Part shown: positions 42,146 through 51,634 of the stretch, piece by piece
Layout of the letters: every line of letters begins with the position of its first letter
Numbering within the stretch: position 1 is the stretch's first letter
NCBI GenBank assembly: GCA_963791005.1
Contig: CAWBQR010000015.1
Span: 6,553-70,552, forward strand
Origin: an uncultured delta proteobacterium
GTDB lineage: Bacteria > Desulfobacterota > Desulfuromonadia > Desulfuromonadales > CAWBQR01
Direction of reading: 5' to 3'
Length of the DNA: 64,000 bases
Translations under genes and position numbers: made by a program
Notes under the pieces: generated by a model
Database searches by the model: none
What the model saw: the letters and a program-made list of their open reading frames with translations, nothing else
Told to the model about the DNA's origin: nothing

Positions 42146-42644
42146 ATGAAACCAGGAAGATCAATCGCACCGCGGTCACTTCCGCCGCAATCGCCGGCCT
42201 GCTCCTGGTGGCGACTTCCAGCTTTGCCTGCTGGGGCTACGGTATGGGCTATGGGCCCGGCTACGGCATGGGGCCGACGGCAGCAGTAACCACGACCCCA
42301 ACGGCCGCACAGCAGAAAGAGATCGCGGCGATCCAAAGCGAATACCGCCCTCAGCTCGATGCCCTGCAGCAGAAGATCGACGCCAAATACCGTGAGCTGG
42401 CGTCCGCCCGCGCCAACGACACGACCACCGTGGCCCGGTTGAAAGCCCTGGAAGGGGAAATCTTCAAGTTGGAGGGCCGGTACCGTACGCTGCTTGGCCA
42501 GGCGATTTCCGAGCTCGGCCAGGTGGCCCAACGGCAACCGACCGGTACGCCTCTGGGGGCTACATGGGCTTCATGATGAACGGCTCCCGGATGGGCCCCA
42601 TGATGCGGGACGGCCACGGGGGATACGGCCCTTGCTGCTGGTAA
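42146..42644 (+). pseudogene. periplasmic Spy/CpxP/ZraP-like metal-stress protein with Gly/Met-rich termini, 2 apparent frameshifts
   Basis: ATG 42146 follows GAGGAG. After a shift the sequence reads RKINRTAVTSAAIAGLLLVATSSFACWGYGMGYGPGYGMGP..., followed by a coiled-coil core (track ORF 42208..42576). After a second shift it reads GGYMGFMMNGSRMGPMMRDGHGGYGPCCW-stop at 42642-42644. Confidence 0.55.
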
Positions 42645-42938
42645 GAAATCGATGGTAAAAGGCAAACTCCCGATGACGGCTTTGGCGGGAATTTTTCTGA
42701 CAGCGTTGGCCTTAAAACCCCGGCCCTCGCCTGGTAGATGGGCGGGAGCATGCGGGAGTGGTCCTGATCGTTCTTGCCGTATGGCTGGTTCGGAGCCTGC
42801 GGGATAGCCGTAAGGTACCTCATCCGTCACCGCTGGACGTCTAAAACATCGCTATGCGGCAGGCCAGATTGGTCGGGAAGAATTCGAGATGATGAATAAG
42901 GAGCTGGAGTAACCCGACAATGAAGAATTCCCTTCCGG

Positions 42939-43367
42939 GTGGCGCAGATCGGGCTGAACGGCCCTCCCCTCGGCAGCTACCTTCTCTATGAGGCCTTTTT
43001 CCAGGCTGGCACTCTCTTCCAGCACGGCAACATGCGTCTGCCGATTCGGGCCGAGCGGCTGCTGGTGCGCCTCATCGTCACCCCGCGGATGCACGACATC
43101 CACCATTCCCAGGTGATGACGGAGACCAACTCCAACTACAGCACCGTCTTCTCCTTCTGGGACCGGCTGCACCGCACCCTGGGGCTCAATGTCCCTCAGG
43201 ATGCCGTCGACATCGGCATCCCGGGGTATGCGGGGGAGCGAGACAACTCGCTGGGTAAAGCCATAGGGGCGCCCTTTCGGGCCCAGCGCGACTACTGGCG
43301 ACGGACGGACGGCCGCCTGCCGGTGAGGACCGGAACGACGGAAGATAAGGGCCGTTTGGCCCGGTAG
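42939..43367 (+). pseudogene. fatty-acid hydroxylase/sterol-desaturase-family remnant (C-terminal part only)
   Basis: ..LIVTPRMHDIHHSQVMTETNSNYSTVFSFWDRLHRT.. contains a His box and the family C-terminal block. The N-terminal TM and His-box region are absent or scrambled upstream. Confidence 0.55.
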
Positions 43368-43539
43368 GAATAATCCTATAAACGGCAGTTAAAAGTGGAA
43401 AAATGGTGCATGTGCTCCGCGAAAGGACAGGACATGACGGCAGCAAATGATAAGGCGATATTCAAGGCCAGTTCCGGTAAAACAAAACCCCCAAATCCAT
43501 CAGGACAGGGGGTTCTTGGTCTCAGAATTTGACTTTCCT

Positions 43540-44028
43540 CTACCCTGCTGCGGATGTACTTTCCGTCTTTTTGGTTGCCCTCTTCCTCGTACCTGCTGCC
43601 TTACCTTTACCCTTGGCAGCACGAGCCTTGGCCAAGTTCTCACCCAGCCCACGCTCAATAGCCATCTGTTTTCTGCTCTCGCTATAGTCTTTTGCAGCTA
43701 GTGGCTGCGTGCGGGGAATGTTGAATTGTTTTCTATATTCACCCGGCTTCATCTCGTGTGCAGTATTGAGATGCCGAGCCAGGGTCTTCATTTCCTTCCC
43801 GCAAATCATGCAGGTAATTTTGCTCTTTCCGAAAGCCTTACGCTTAGAGATAGCCGGTACGGTTTCTTCTGCTGCTTCTTGTCCGGTAACCGGAATTTCT
43901 CCCTTTTCAAGTGCCGAGAGAGCGGTGTAAACTTCGTTGATTTCGGCCAGAAGCTCATCCTTTGTCAGGGTAGTTGTAGAAGCATGAGCCATAACAATTT
44001 CAGATGCCATTTCCAGTAACGTAGCCAT
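43540..44028 (-). CDS. MucR/Ros-family zinc-finger transcriptional regulator
   Basis: Start MATLLEMASEIVMAH at 44028. Core ITCMICGKEMKTLARHLNTAHEMKPGEYRKQFNIPRTQPLAAKDYSESRKQMA. It lies in a visibly AT-richer patch. Confidence 0.8.
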   Translation of the reverse strand: MATLLEMASEIVMAHASTTTLTKDELLAEINEVYTALSALEKGEIPVTGQEAAEETVPAISKRKAFGKSKITCMICGKEMKTLARHLNTAHEMKPGEYRKQFNIPRTQPLAAKDYSESRKQMAIERGLGENLAKARAAKGKGKAAGTRKRATKKTESTSAAG

Positions 44029-44627
44029 TCTGTGTTTCTCCTTTTTGATAAAAAGTATGTTGCAGAATATGTTTATCACCAAATTTTATTCTTTTCAAGT
44101 TAACTCAATAATATTTTCAGGATATAACAGATTTAATCGAAGTGCTCATCCCTCTTGAGGATTTATTTAATATTAACCGAGGCCCATTCTGGAAATCTGA
44201 GGGGCGCTTTGCGAATAATGCTCTGGTGGGCTGTCCGGCAATTCGTTCCCAATAACTTTCCTGGGATAAAGAGAACTGAAGACCTATATTTTTAAAATCC
44301 CTCATCAACGAGAAAGGACCATGCAATCCAAGGGCTAGAATGGTCCTTTCTCTGTGTCCAGGGAAAGGGGGACGGATTTATTTTGGCCATCCACCGGTTC
44401 AACCAAACAAGACGCCTCCTCAGTCGAAAGTCTCAGGTTTACAAAATCCCTATTAACCTAGAAAAAACAGTATCCGCAGATTTCACAGATTTTCACATAG
44501 TAAAATCAAGAGCTTAGATAAATAGGCTGTCTCACCCTTTCGGTTTTGTGGTCGAAAATCGTAATTGTCCGAAAATAAAGTCTTTATCTGTGGAATCTTT
44601 GGATGAAATGCCGTTTATAGGATTTAT

Positions 44628-44760
44628 CATTTCGTCCTACAAGGGCTGGTGGTTTTTCAGGGGCGAAGGCCTACATGAGGTAGGTCGAGGTCCTGAAAAA
44701 ACGCCGCAACACCGCGGGGCGGACTTTTTGCTTAGCCATCCAATGAGTTTTTGCGAAAGC
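44628..44760 (+). repeat. MITE-like repeat family, copy D (rearranged: central segment plus inverted left arm)
   Basis: TTTCGTCCTACAAGGGCTGGTGGTTTTTCAGGGGCGAAGGCC...CCTGAAAAAACGCCGCAACACCGCGGGGCGGACTTTTTGCTTAGCCATCCAATGAGTTTTTGCGAAAGC. Confidence 0.7.
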
Positions 44761-44949
44761 ACCCTTTATATCTTATACCTTTTTCGAGGCCCGACACAGG
44801 TGGAGGTCCCGGACGCCCTGAGGGGCGTGCGCATAGCCCTTTACTTCGTGCCCCGGGCCGTGGGAGAATTGCTTTTCGGCCGTCGCCTTCCCGGACAGCG
44901 AAAGGCGACGGTACCCCCTTCACCCGCGATCAAGGACCAGGAAAGACCG

Positions 44950-46152
44950 ATGACCATGGACGAAAGAGACGAGGAGGAAACCGCCGGCGAAGAGAGTTTT
45001 GCCGAACTGTTCGAAAAGAGCTTTGTCGATTCCGGGCGGCTGGAGCCGGGCCAGAAGGTAGAGGCTGTGGTGCTCAAGGTCGCCTCGGACTGGGTCTTTC
45101 TCGACGTCGGCCAGAAGGGCGAGGGCGTTCTGGACAAAAAGGAGCTCCTCGACGCCGAGGGCAACCTGAAGGTGAAGGAGGGGGAATCCCTCACAGCCTA
45201 TTTCCTCTCCTCCCGCGCCGGAGAGCTGCGCTTCACCACCCGGATGGGCGGGCCCGAGGTCGGCAGCGCCCAGCTGGAGGAGGCCTTTCGCGCCGGCATA
45301 CCGGTGGAGGGGCGCCTCGAGAAGGAGGTCAAGGGCGGGTTCGAGGTCAGGGTGGCTGGCGTGCGGGCCTTCTGCCCCTTCTCCCAGGTGGGCCTTCGCC
45401 GCGCGAGCAATCCCGGGGACCTGGTGGGGCAGACCCTCCCCTTCCGCATCACCCAGTACGGGGAGCGCGGCCGCAACATCGTCCTCTCCCATCGAGCGAT
45501 CCTCGAGGAGGAACGTCAGCGTCAGAAGGACGCCCTGAAGGAGACCCTCAGGGAAGGAATGACTGTGAAGGGAACGATCACTTCCCTGCGGGACTTCGGG
45601 GCCTTTATCGACATCGGCGGACTCGAAGGACTCATCCCCGTCTCCGAGGTCGGCTGGGGCCGGGTGGAGGATATCCATGAAATCCTCTCGGTCGGCCAGG
45701 AGGTCGAGGCGGTGGTCAAGTCTCTCGACTGGGAGAAGGACCGCTTCTCCTTCAGCATCCGGGAGACCCTCGCCGACCCCTGGACCCGCGTCCCCCAGGA
45801 CTATCCCGAAGGGTCGGTCCACAGCGGGAAGGTGGCCCGGCTCGCCCCCTTCGGGGCCTTCGTCACCCTGGCCGATGGGGTGGACGGCCTGGTCCACATC
45901 TCCAAACTCGGCGCTGGAAAGAGGATTTCCCATCCCCGCGAGGTGCTCAGGGAGGGCCAGGACCTCCAGGTCCGAATCGAGAAGCTCGACCCGGAGAGCC
46001 GCCGCCTCTCGCTGGTCCCCGCCGGCGGGGAGACCTCCGAGGAAAAGCCCGCCCCGGAGGATTTGCACAAATTTCTCGACGCCGGAAAACCGATGGGGAC
46101 CTTCGGGGACCTGCTCAAGGGAAAGCTGGAGAAAAAGGGGAAAAAGGGCTGA
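44950..46152 (+). CDS. S1 RNA-binding-domain protein (four S1 repeats)
   Basis: ATG 44950 inside track ORF 44548..46152. S1 motifs repeat (..VKGTITSLRDFGAFIDIGGLEGLIPVSEV.. ; ..HSGKVARLAPFGAFVTLADGVDGLVHISKL..). Confidence 0.8.
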   Translation: MTMDERDEEETAGEESFAELFEKSFVDSGRLEPGQKVEAVVLKVASDWVFLDVGQKGEGVLDKKELLDAEGNLKVKEGESLTAYFLSSRAGELRFTTRMGGPEVGSAQLEEAFRAGIPVEGRLEKEVKGGFEVRVAGVRAFCPFSQVGLRRASNPGDLVGQTLPFRITQYGERGRNIVLSHRAILEEERQRQKDALKETLREGMTVKGTITSLRDFGAFIDIGGLEGLIPVSEVGWGRVEDIHEILSVGQEVEAVVKSLDWEKDRFSFSIRETLADPWTRVPQDYPEGSVHSGKVARLAPFGAFVTLADGVDGLVHISKLGAGKRISHPREVLREGQDLQVRIEKLDPESRRLSLVPAGGETSEEKPAPEDLHKFLDAGKPMGTFGDLLKGKLEKKGKKG

Positions 46153-46177
46153 GCGCCCCGCGCAGGCCCCACCGCAG

Positions 46178-46849
46178 ATGGATGAAATCCTTCGAAGATA
46201 CCTGGAGCTTCTGCGCTCCGTCGACGCCTGGTTCGACGGCTGCATGGAAAAGAACGGGGACCGGATAGCCTGCCGGTCGGGATGCTCCGGGTGCTGCCGG
46301 GGGCTCTTCGACATCACCCTCCTCGACGCCTTTCTGCTGAAGACGGGCTTCGACCGGCTCGGCAGCGAGCTCCGGGAGGAGGCGCAGGCCAAGGCTCGCG
46401 CCAGGCTGACTTCCCTCAGGCGGGAGTGGCCGGACTTCGCGGCGCCCTACATCCTCAACGCCTTCCCTGACGAGGAGTGGACGGACATGCCCGAGGACGA
46501 CGAGACGCCCTGCCCTCTTCTCTCTGCGGAGGGGCGGTGCCTGGTTTATGACTTCCGGCCGATGACCTGCCGCCTGCACGGACTTCCGAATATCGACCTG
46601 AGCGGGGAGTCGTTCTCCGACGCTTGGTGCACCCTGAACTTTCCCGGAGAAGACCCGCTGGGGCGGGAGGAGCTGCGCTGGTCCTTTCGAAGGACCTTCG
46701 AGCGGGAGCTGTCGCTTTTCAGGGAGTTCACCGCCCTTCTGCTCGGCCGCCCCCGGAGCGAACTCGATACCTTCATCCCCACCGCCCTGCTCATCGATTT
46801 TGAAAAGACCGACTGGAAGAGGCTGAATCCTACGGGGCCGGAAGAATAA
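46178..46849 (+). CDS. YkgJ-family (UPF0153) Cys-cluster protein
   Basis: MDEILRRYLELL...ACRSGCSGCCRGLFDITLLD...PCPLLSAEGRCLVYDFRPMTCRLHG. Confidence 0.75.
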   Translation: MDEILRRYLELLRSVDAWFDGCMEKNGDRIACRSGCSGCCRGLFDITLLDAFLLKTGFDRLGSELREEAQAKARARLTSLRREWPDFAAPYILNAFPDEEWTDMPEDDETPCPLLSAEGRCLVYDFRPMTCRLHGLPNIDLSGESFSDAWCTLNFPGEDPLGREELRWSFRRTFERELSLFREFTALLLGRPRSELDTFIPTALLIDFEKTDWKRLNPTGPEE

Positions 46850-46975
46850 GGCCGGCCTCCTCCCCCCATCTCCTGAGAGTGTCCCTTTTTTGATTTGACA
46901 CAGCAGGCCCTTAGTATATAGAATTCCATATATTTGATACCAGAATCGTCTTCTCGCGAGGAAAGGAAACCCGAA

Positions 46976-47263
46976 ATGAAAATCACCGAAGAGGCCAAGA
47001 AGATGCTCTCCGGCATCCTCGAGGAGAACCCGGGTAAGTCCCTGCGGGTCGTCTTTCAGGGTTTCGGCTGAGGCGGGCCCCGTCTGGGGCTGGCTCTGGA
47101 TGAGCCGAAGGAAAAGGACCTGAAGCTGCAGGTCGATGACGTCGAGGTCCTGATGGAGGAGCAGGTGAAACCCTACACCGCCGGGCAGGTTCTCGATTAC
47201 CTGAACTCCTCCGCCGGCAGCGGCTTCGTCATCGTTCCCGCCTCGGGCAAGGCCTGCTGCTGA
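46976..47263 (+). CDS. HesB/IscA-like selenoprotein (95 aa, Sec at codon 32 encoded by in-frame TGA 47069-47071)
   Basis: ATG 46976 follows GGAAAGGAAA. MKITEEAKKMLSGILEENPGKSLRVVFQGFG-U-GGPRLGLALDEPKEKDLKLQVDDVEVLMEEQVKPYTAGQVLDYLNSSAGSGFVIVPASGKACC-stop. The frame stays open across the TGA. A hairpin GGCCCC-GUCU-GGGGCU lies directly 3-prime of the UGA, and a strong terminator follows the gene. It is not in the ORF track. Confidence 0.7.
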
Positions 47264-47287
47264 TCGCCTGATTTACCGACGAGAGAA

Positions 47288-47327
47288 GGAACGGGGCTGG
47301 TCCGCGACCAGCCCCGTTCCTTTTTTG
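47288..47327 (+). terminator. rho-independent terminator
   Basis: GGAACGGGGCTGGTC-CGC-GACCAGCCCCGTTCC followed by TTTTTTG. Confidence 0.85.
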
Positions 47328-47644
47328 CGGGTATTGGCCTGCCGGAGTGTAATCAGATAGAGAGAGTACAAGCTATTTAGACAAACTCAGTTGGCCCTCG
47401 AGCGCCAGGGCCTATACCGGAACCGGCTTGAAGGAGACGGGATGAGCGTGTTGCAGGAAACCGAGGGGAGCTATGGGTCTTTTTTCGGGGTCGAAAATGA
47501 GCCTACAAGGGCGTAAATCGCCCTTTTTATGGGAATTTTCTCTTCAGTTTCAATGTGTTGGGCCGCTCCGACCCCGGAAGCCCTGTTGGCAGAGGTACTG
47601 TTTAGATTAGTCGCATGCCTGCCTTGCGCCAAGGAGCCACGTCC

Positions 47645-48055
47645 ATGAACATGGATCTGCTTAAACAAATCGCCTTGACCCTGTTGCGTGTTGTGGCCGG
47701 TCTGCTGTTCCTCCAGGCCGGTGGCATGAAACTGTTTGACTGGTTCGGTGGAATCCCCGCCGAGTTTGGCGGTCACCCGTCGCTGCTGTCGCAGACCTGG
47801 ATCGGCGGTGTGCTCGAATTTTACGGTGGGCTCGCCATACTTATCGGCCTCTTTACTCGACCGGTGGCCTTCATCCTCTCCGGCGAGATGGCCGTGGCCT
47901 ATTTCCAATTCCACCAGCCCAACGGCGCCTGGCCGATCCAGAACCACGGCGAACCGGCCGTGCTGCTCTGTTTCATCTTTCTATTCTTCGCGGCGTACGG
48001 CGCCGGCCCTTGGAGCATTGACGATTTGCTCAGGCACAGGAAGTCTTTGCTATGA
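47645..48055 (+). CDS. DoxX-family membrane protein
   Basis: MNMDLLKQIALTLLRVVAGLLFLQAGGMKLF...GGLAILIGLFTRPVAFILSGEMAVAYF. Confidence 0.75.
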   Translation: MNMDLLKQIALTLLRVVAGLLFLQAGGMKLFDWFGGIPAEFGGHPSLLSQTWIGGVLEFYGGLAILIGLFTRPVAFILSGEMAVAYFQFHQPNGAWPIQNHGEPAVLLCFIFLFFAAYGAGPWSIDDLLRHRKSLL

Positions 48056-48421
48056 ATTGCTGCCGGTGGGCAAGAAATTGTGCCGGATACGAAGTCTCTT
48101 AATTCACGACATTTAATACTTTAAACGATCGAACCTGCGATCAAAATGTTGGTCCGTCTTACATTTTGTTCTGCAATTGAGTCTTACATTACCTAGGATT
48201 TATCAATACTCCCCCGGGGTCGATCAACCGAAGGATCTCAACAATTATAGGTGTATGATTTTCAGGTAATAACAGAGGGATGGTTATGGTGAATAAGCCC
48301 TGGATGGGTTTACATCAGAACAGGTAGCTTTTTTAGGTGACAAGAAACATTCCGCTCTTATCCGGTCCTATCCGAAGCTCTCCGCGCACCATTGCAGGTT
48401 TTGAGCTTCACGAATCAGAGA

Positions 48422-50836
48422 CTACTCCATCCCCCCCTCAAAATTGAACAGGGACGTCCCCGGAACGACGCTGTCCCGCCGGAGGGCCTCCAGGACCTTC
48501 TTCCCCGCCGGAGAGAAGGGTCCGAAGTGGGAGAGGTCGACGGTAAAATCACCGCATCCCAGGGCCTGCAATTCGGCGAGATGGCCGAGGAGGGAGAAGT
48601 CGCCGTCGGAGCTGACCACGGTGAGCCCCGAGCGGGCGTCCACCCGGTAGGCATCCCCCTTGTCGGAGAGGACCGGGCTGTCGGCGCGAACCCCGCGGAT
48701 CCGGATCCGGGAGGTGATCAGAGGGACCGAAGCGTACACCGTCACGGCCCGCCCCATTCCGACCTCCCGGCGCAGCACTTCGGCAAGGTTCTCCCTGTCG
48801 TCCTCGATATAGAGGGTGACCGCCTGCGCGCCGAGTTCGCGCCAGGCCAGAAGCGCCTGGGTGTTGAGGGAGAAAAGCCGGAAGCCCGTTTCGAGACTTA
48901 CCCCTTCGAGCCCGTCGAAAAGGGGAAAATGCCCCAGGTTGTTGAGCCGGAAGGAAGAGAACCCCTGCCCGGCCAGGGAGCGCACCGCGTCGCGATACCC
49001 CTTCCAGTCGGAATCGTAGATGATGAAGGGCAAGTCCCACACCAGGCGGTCCTGACGTCCCGCGAGTCGCCTGGAGACCTGGCCGAGTCCCTGCAAGTTG
49101 CCCGGAGAAACCGGCACCAGAACCCGGTCGACCTCGGGGTCGTTCAACAGATGGGCATCCCGGATGTTTCCGAGGGCCACGGTGACCCGCCGCCTCTGGG
49201 GCCGGAGAACCGGGCCGGGGGGAAGCAGGGCGGACAGGGCGGCCTGCAGATGCCGGCGGCGCCTTTCTTTTTTTTCTTCGGCGACCCGGCGGCGCAGGGC
49301 GCCGTAGAAGTCGCGCCGAATCTCCTTCAGCCGGCTCGGAGGAATGACCACAGGCGGCAGTGCGTCCGCCTCCAGGGCTTCCAGAAAGAAGGACTCTCCC
49401 CCCGTGCGAGAGAAGACGCCGTGGAGCATCTCCTGTGAAAGGGGGCTCTCCCGGGCCTCGAAGGATTCCACCGGGAAGTCCTGTTCGAGGACCACGCCCC
49501 CCGTTTCGGCCTGTACTCTCAGAAGGCCCTCGGCCAGCGCCACCCGAAGGCGCACGGGGTCCGGGGAAGTCGCGGCACCCTGAAGCCGGCGGCGGCAGGC
49601 CACCTCGCTCAGGGTGAAGGCCCGCTCGGAGGAGACCTTGAAGACCGCGTCGCCGCTCTTGAAGGCGCCGCGGAAGGGCGAGGGGACCTGGACATAGGTG
49701 CCGGCAGGGGCCGCATTGACCCGGCGGCGCCCGCACAGGAGCTCCTTGACGGTAAAGGCCGTTCCGGCCCGGTCGGTTTTGGGCTGGACCCGAAGGCGGT
49801 CACCGAGGTGGATCCGGTCGCGTGTCTTGAAGCTGATGGCTCCGTCCCGTTCGGCGGCGACCTCCCCCAGAAAGCGGCCCGTGGAGCCTTTGACCGAGGG
49901 GGTGGCGATATCGGTGGGGGTTGTGCCGGCGAGAAAGCCCCGGGTCGGCAGGCGCCCGAAGGAGAGCTTCAGCAGGTCTTTGGCTTCGCGAAGCGCCTCG
50001 CTGCGATGGGCCGGCGCAGAGTCCAGGACCTTGCGGTAGGCGCAGACGACATTGGCGACGTACTCGGCGCTCTTCATCCGCCCCTCGATCTTGAAGCTCG
50101 TTATCCCGGCCGCCGCCAACTCGGGCAGCAGGTCGATGGCCGACAGGTCATTGGTGGAGAAAAAGTATCCCTCCTGCTGGCGGTAGCGGTAGCGCCTGCG
50201 GCACGGCTGGGCGCAGCGACCCCGGTTGCCGCTCTTTCCCCCCAGCCAGGAGGAAAAATAACACTGGCCCGAGAAGGAAAAACAGAGGGCGCCGTGGATG
50301 AAGTGCTCAAGCTCCATGCTGGTGCGGCTGCGAAGGGCCTTGATTTCCTCCAGGCTAAGCTCCCGGGCAAGGACGGCCCTTTTGAACCCCATCCGCTCGA
50401 GCATCCTGACCCCGGCTGCGTTGTGCACCGTCATCTGGGTGGAGGCGTGCAGCTCCAGGGCCGGAAAATACTCCCGGGCCAGGCGCCATACGGCGAGGTC
50501 CTGGAGAATGACGCCGTCCACTGCGAGGGCTTCGAGGTGGGAGAGGGTCTCCGCCAGAGCGGGCAGTTCCCTTTCCTTGACCAGGGTGTTGAGAGTCACG
50601 TAGACCCTGCGGCCCTTTCCGTGGGCGAAGGCGGTCATCCCGCCCAGGTCCTCCAGGGTGAAATTCTTCGCCTTGGCCCGGGCCGAAAAATCCCTCAGCC
50701 CGCAGTAAACCGCATCGGCCCCGGATTCCATGGCCGCGAAGAAGGCTTCGAGGCTGCCGGCGGGAGACAGCAGCTCCGGCTTTCCCGGGCGGGTCGCGGC
50801 GCGGGACGGCGTGGGGTCAGTTCGAGTCATGGACAT
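48422..50836 (-). CDS. peptidase U32 family protein, long (~800 aa) form
   Basis: ..PELLSPAGSLEAFFAAMESGADAVYCG.. ; ..LHASTQMTVHN.. ; ..ELEHFIHGALCFSFSGQCYFSSWLGGKSGNRGRCAQPCRR.. ; ..FKIEGRMKSAEYV.. Confidence 0.85.
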   Translation of the reverse strand: MSMTRTDPTPSRAATRPGKPELLSPAGSLEAFFAAMESGADAVYCGLRDFSARAKAKNFTLEDLGGMTAFAHGKGRRVYVTLNTLVKERELPALAETLSHLEALAVDGVILQDLAVWRLAREYFPALELHASTQMTVHNAAGVRMLERMGFKRAVLARELSLEEIKALRSRTSMELEHFIHGALCFSFSGQCYFSSWLGGKSGNRGRCAQPCRRRYRYRQQEGYFFSTNDLSAIDLLPELAAAGITSFKIEGRMKSAEYVANVVCAYRKVLDSAPAHRSEALREAKDLLKLSFGRLPTRGFLAGTTPTDIATPSVKGSTGRFLGEVAAERDGAISFKTRDRIHLGDRLRVQPKTDRAGTAFTVKELLCGRRRVNAAPAGTYVQVPSPFRGAFKSGDAVFKVSSERAFTLSEVACRRRLQGAATSPDPVRLRVALAEGLLRVQAETGGVVLEQDFPVESFEARESPLSQEMLHGVFSRTGGESFFLEALEADALPPVVIPPSRLKEIRRDFYGALRRRVAEEKKERRRRHLQAALSALLPPGPVLRPQRRRVTVALGNIRDAHLLNDPEVDRVLVPVSPGNLQGLGQVSRRLAGRQDRLVWDLPFIIYDSDWKGYRDAVRSLAGQGFSSFRLNNLGHFPLFDGLEGVSLETGFRLFSLNTQALLAWRELGAQAVTLYIEDDRENLAEVLRREVGMGRAVTVYASVPLITSRIRIRGVRADSPVLSDKGDAYRVDARSGLTVVSSDGDFSLLGHLAELQALGCGDFTVDLSHFGPFSPAGKKVLEALRRDSVVPGTSLFNFEGGME

Positions 50837-51133
50837 CCTTCCGGCTCCTTCGGGAGGAGGGGGGAAAAAATCGAGCCGGGTTCTTCAGGGAACCCGGCCG
50901 TTTAATATAAAGTAGCACGGAGCCGGAAGCCAGATCAACCAGCCTCTCAGCTGGGGTTTCCTCTTGGACCGGCCCGGAAGTCGCCTCGATGGGGGGGACG
51001 GCTGTGTCCCTCCGACCTGGTTTTCCTTCTTTCTTCTTACCCGGGGTTTGACATGATACCAATTTCGGGAATACTTAATGGAAAGGTGACAGATAGAGTC
51101 TTTTTTTCCAAAATTCGGAAGGAGGTAATTGGG

Positions 51134-51631
51134 ATGCCGCAGGAATTCAATCTCCAGGAAGCGCTGAAGATGGCCATTCAGACCGAGAAAAACGTCATGG
51201 ATTTCTACCAGAGGGCCGAGGAAGTGACCCACGATGCCCGGGGGAAGAAGGTCTTCGCCCTGCTCGCCAGCGAGGAGCGGGAGCATGCCGGTCATTTCTT
51301 CCCCCTGTACAAGGGAAGCGACCTTGGGAGCTTCGAGGACTTCATGGCCCGTCCTCCCCACGCCGATTCGGTCATGCTCAAGGAACTGGAAAAGGCCCTC
51401 GACGCGAACGTCCACGAGCGCAAGGCCATGGAAATTGCCCTGCGCGAGGAGAAGGACCTGGAAGAGAACCTGACCCGCACGGCCGCACGGGTCATCGACC
51501 CGGCGGTCCGATCGGTTTTCGAGACAATGGCCCGGGAAACCCGCCATCATTATGCCTTGATCGAGTCCGAATACGCCCGCCTCATGGCCATGGTCCATGA
51601 AACGGACATCGATACCTACGTGCGGGAGTAA
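51134..51631 (+). CDS. ferritin-like / rubrerythrin-fold diiron protein
   Basis: ATG 51134 follows GGAAGGAGG. ExxH pairs: LASEEREHAGHF and MARETRHHYALIESEY. Confidence 0.65.
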   Translation: MPQEFNLQEALKMAIQTEKNVMDFYQRAEEVTHDARGKKVFALLASEEREHAGHFFPLYKGSDLGSFEDFMARPPHADSVMLKELEKALDANVHERKAMEIALREEKDLEENLTRTAARVIDPAVRSVFETMARETRHHYALIESEYARLMAMVHETDIDTYVRE

Positions 51632-51634
51632 TCG

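Noticed and set aside
42880-42935. 39-bp segment flanked by two GAATTC sites, which looked like an engineered cassette
   Set aside because: Two EcoRI sites 45 bp apart can occur by chance. The enclosed sequence has no recognisable vector, tag or barcode feature.
44117-44326. 69-aa minus-strand ORF next to mucR
   Set aside because: It has no RBS, no recognisable domain, and lies in an AT-rich repeat-laden spacer. It is left uncalled.
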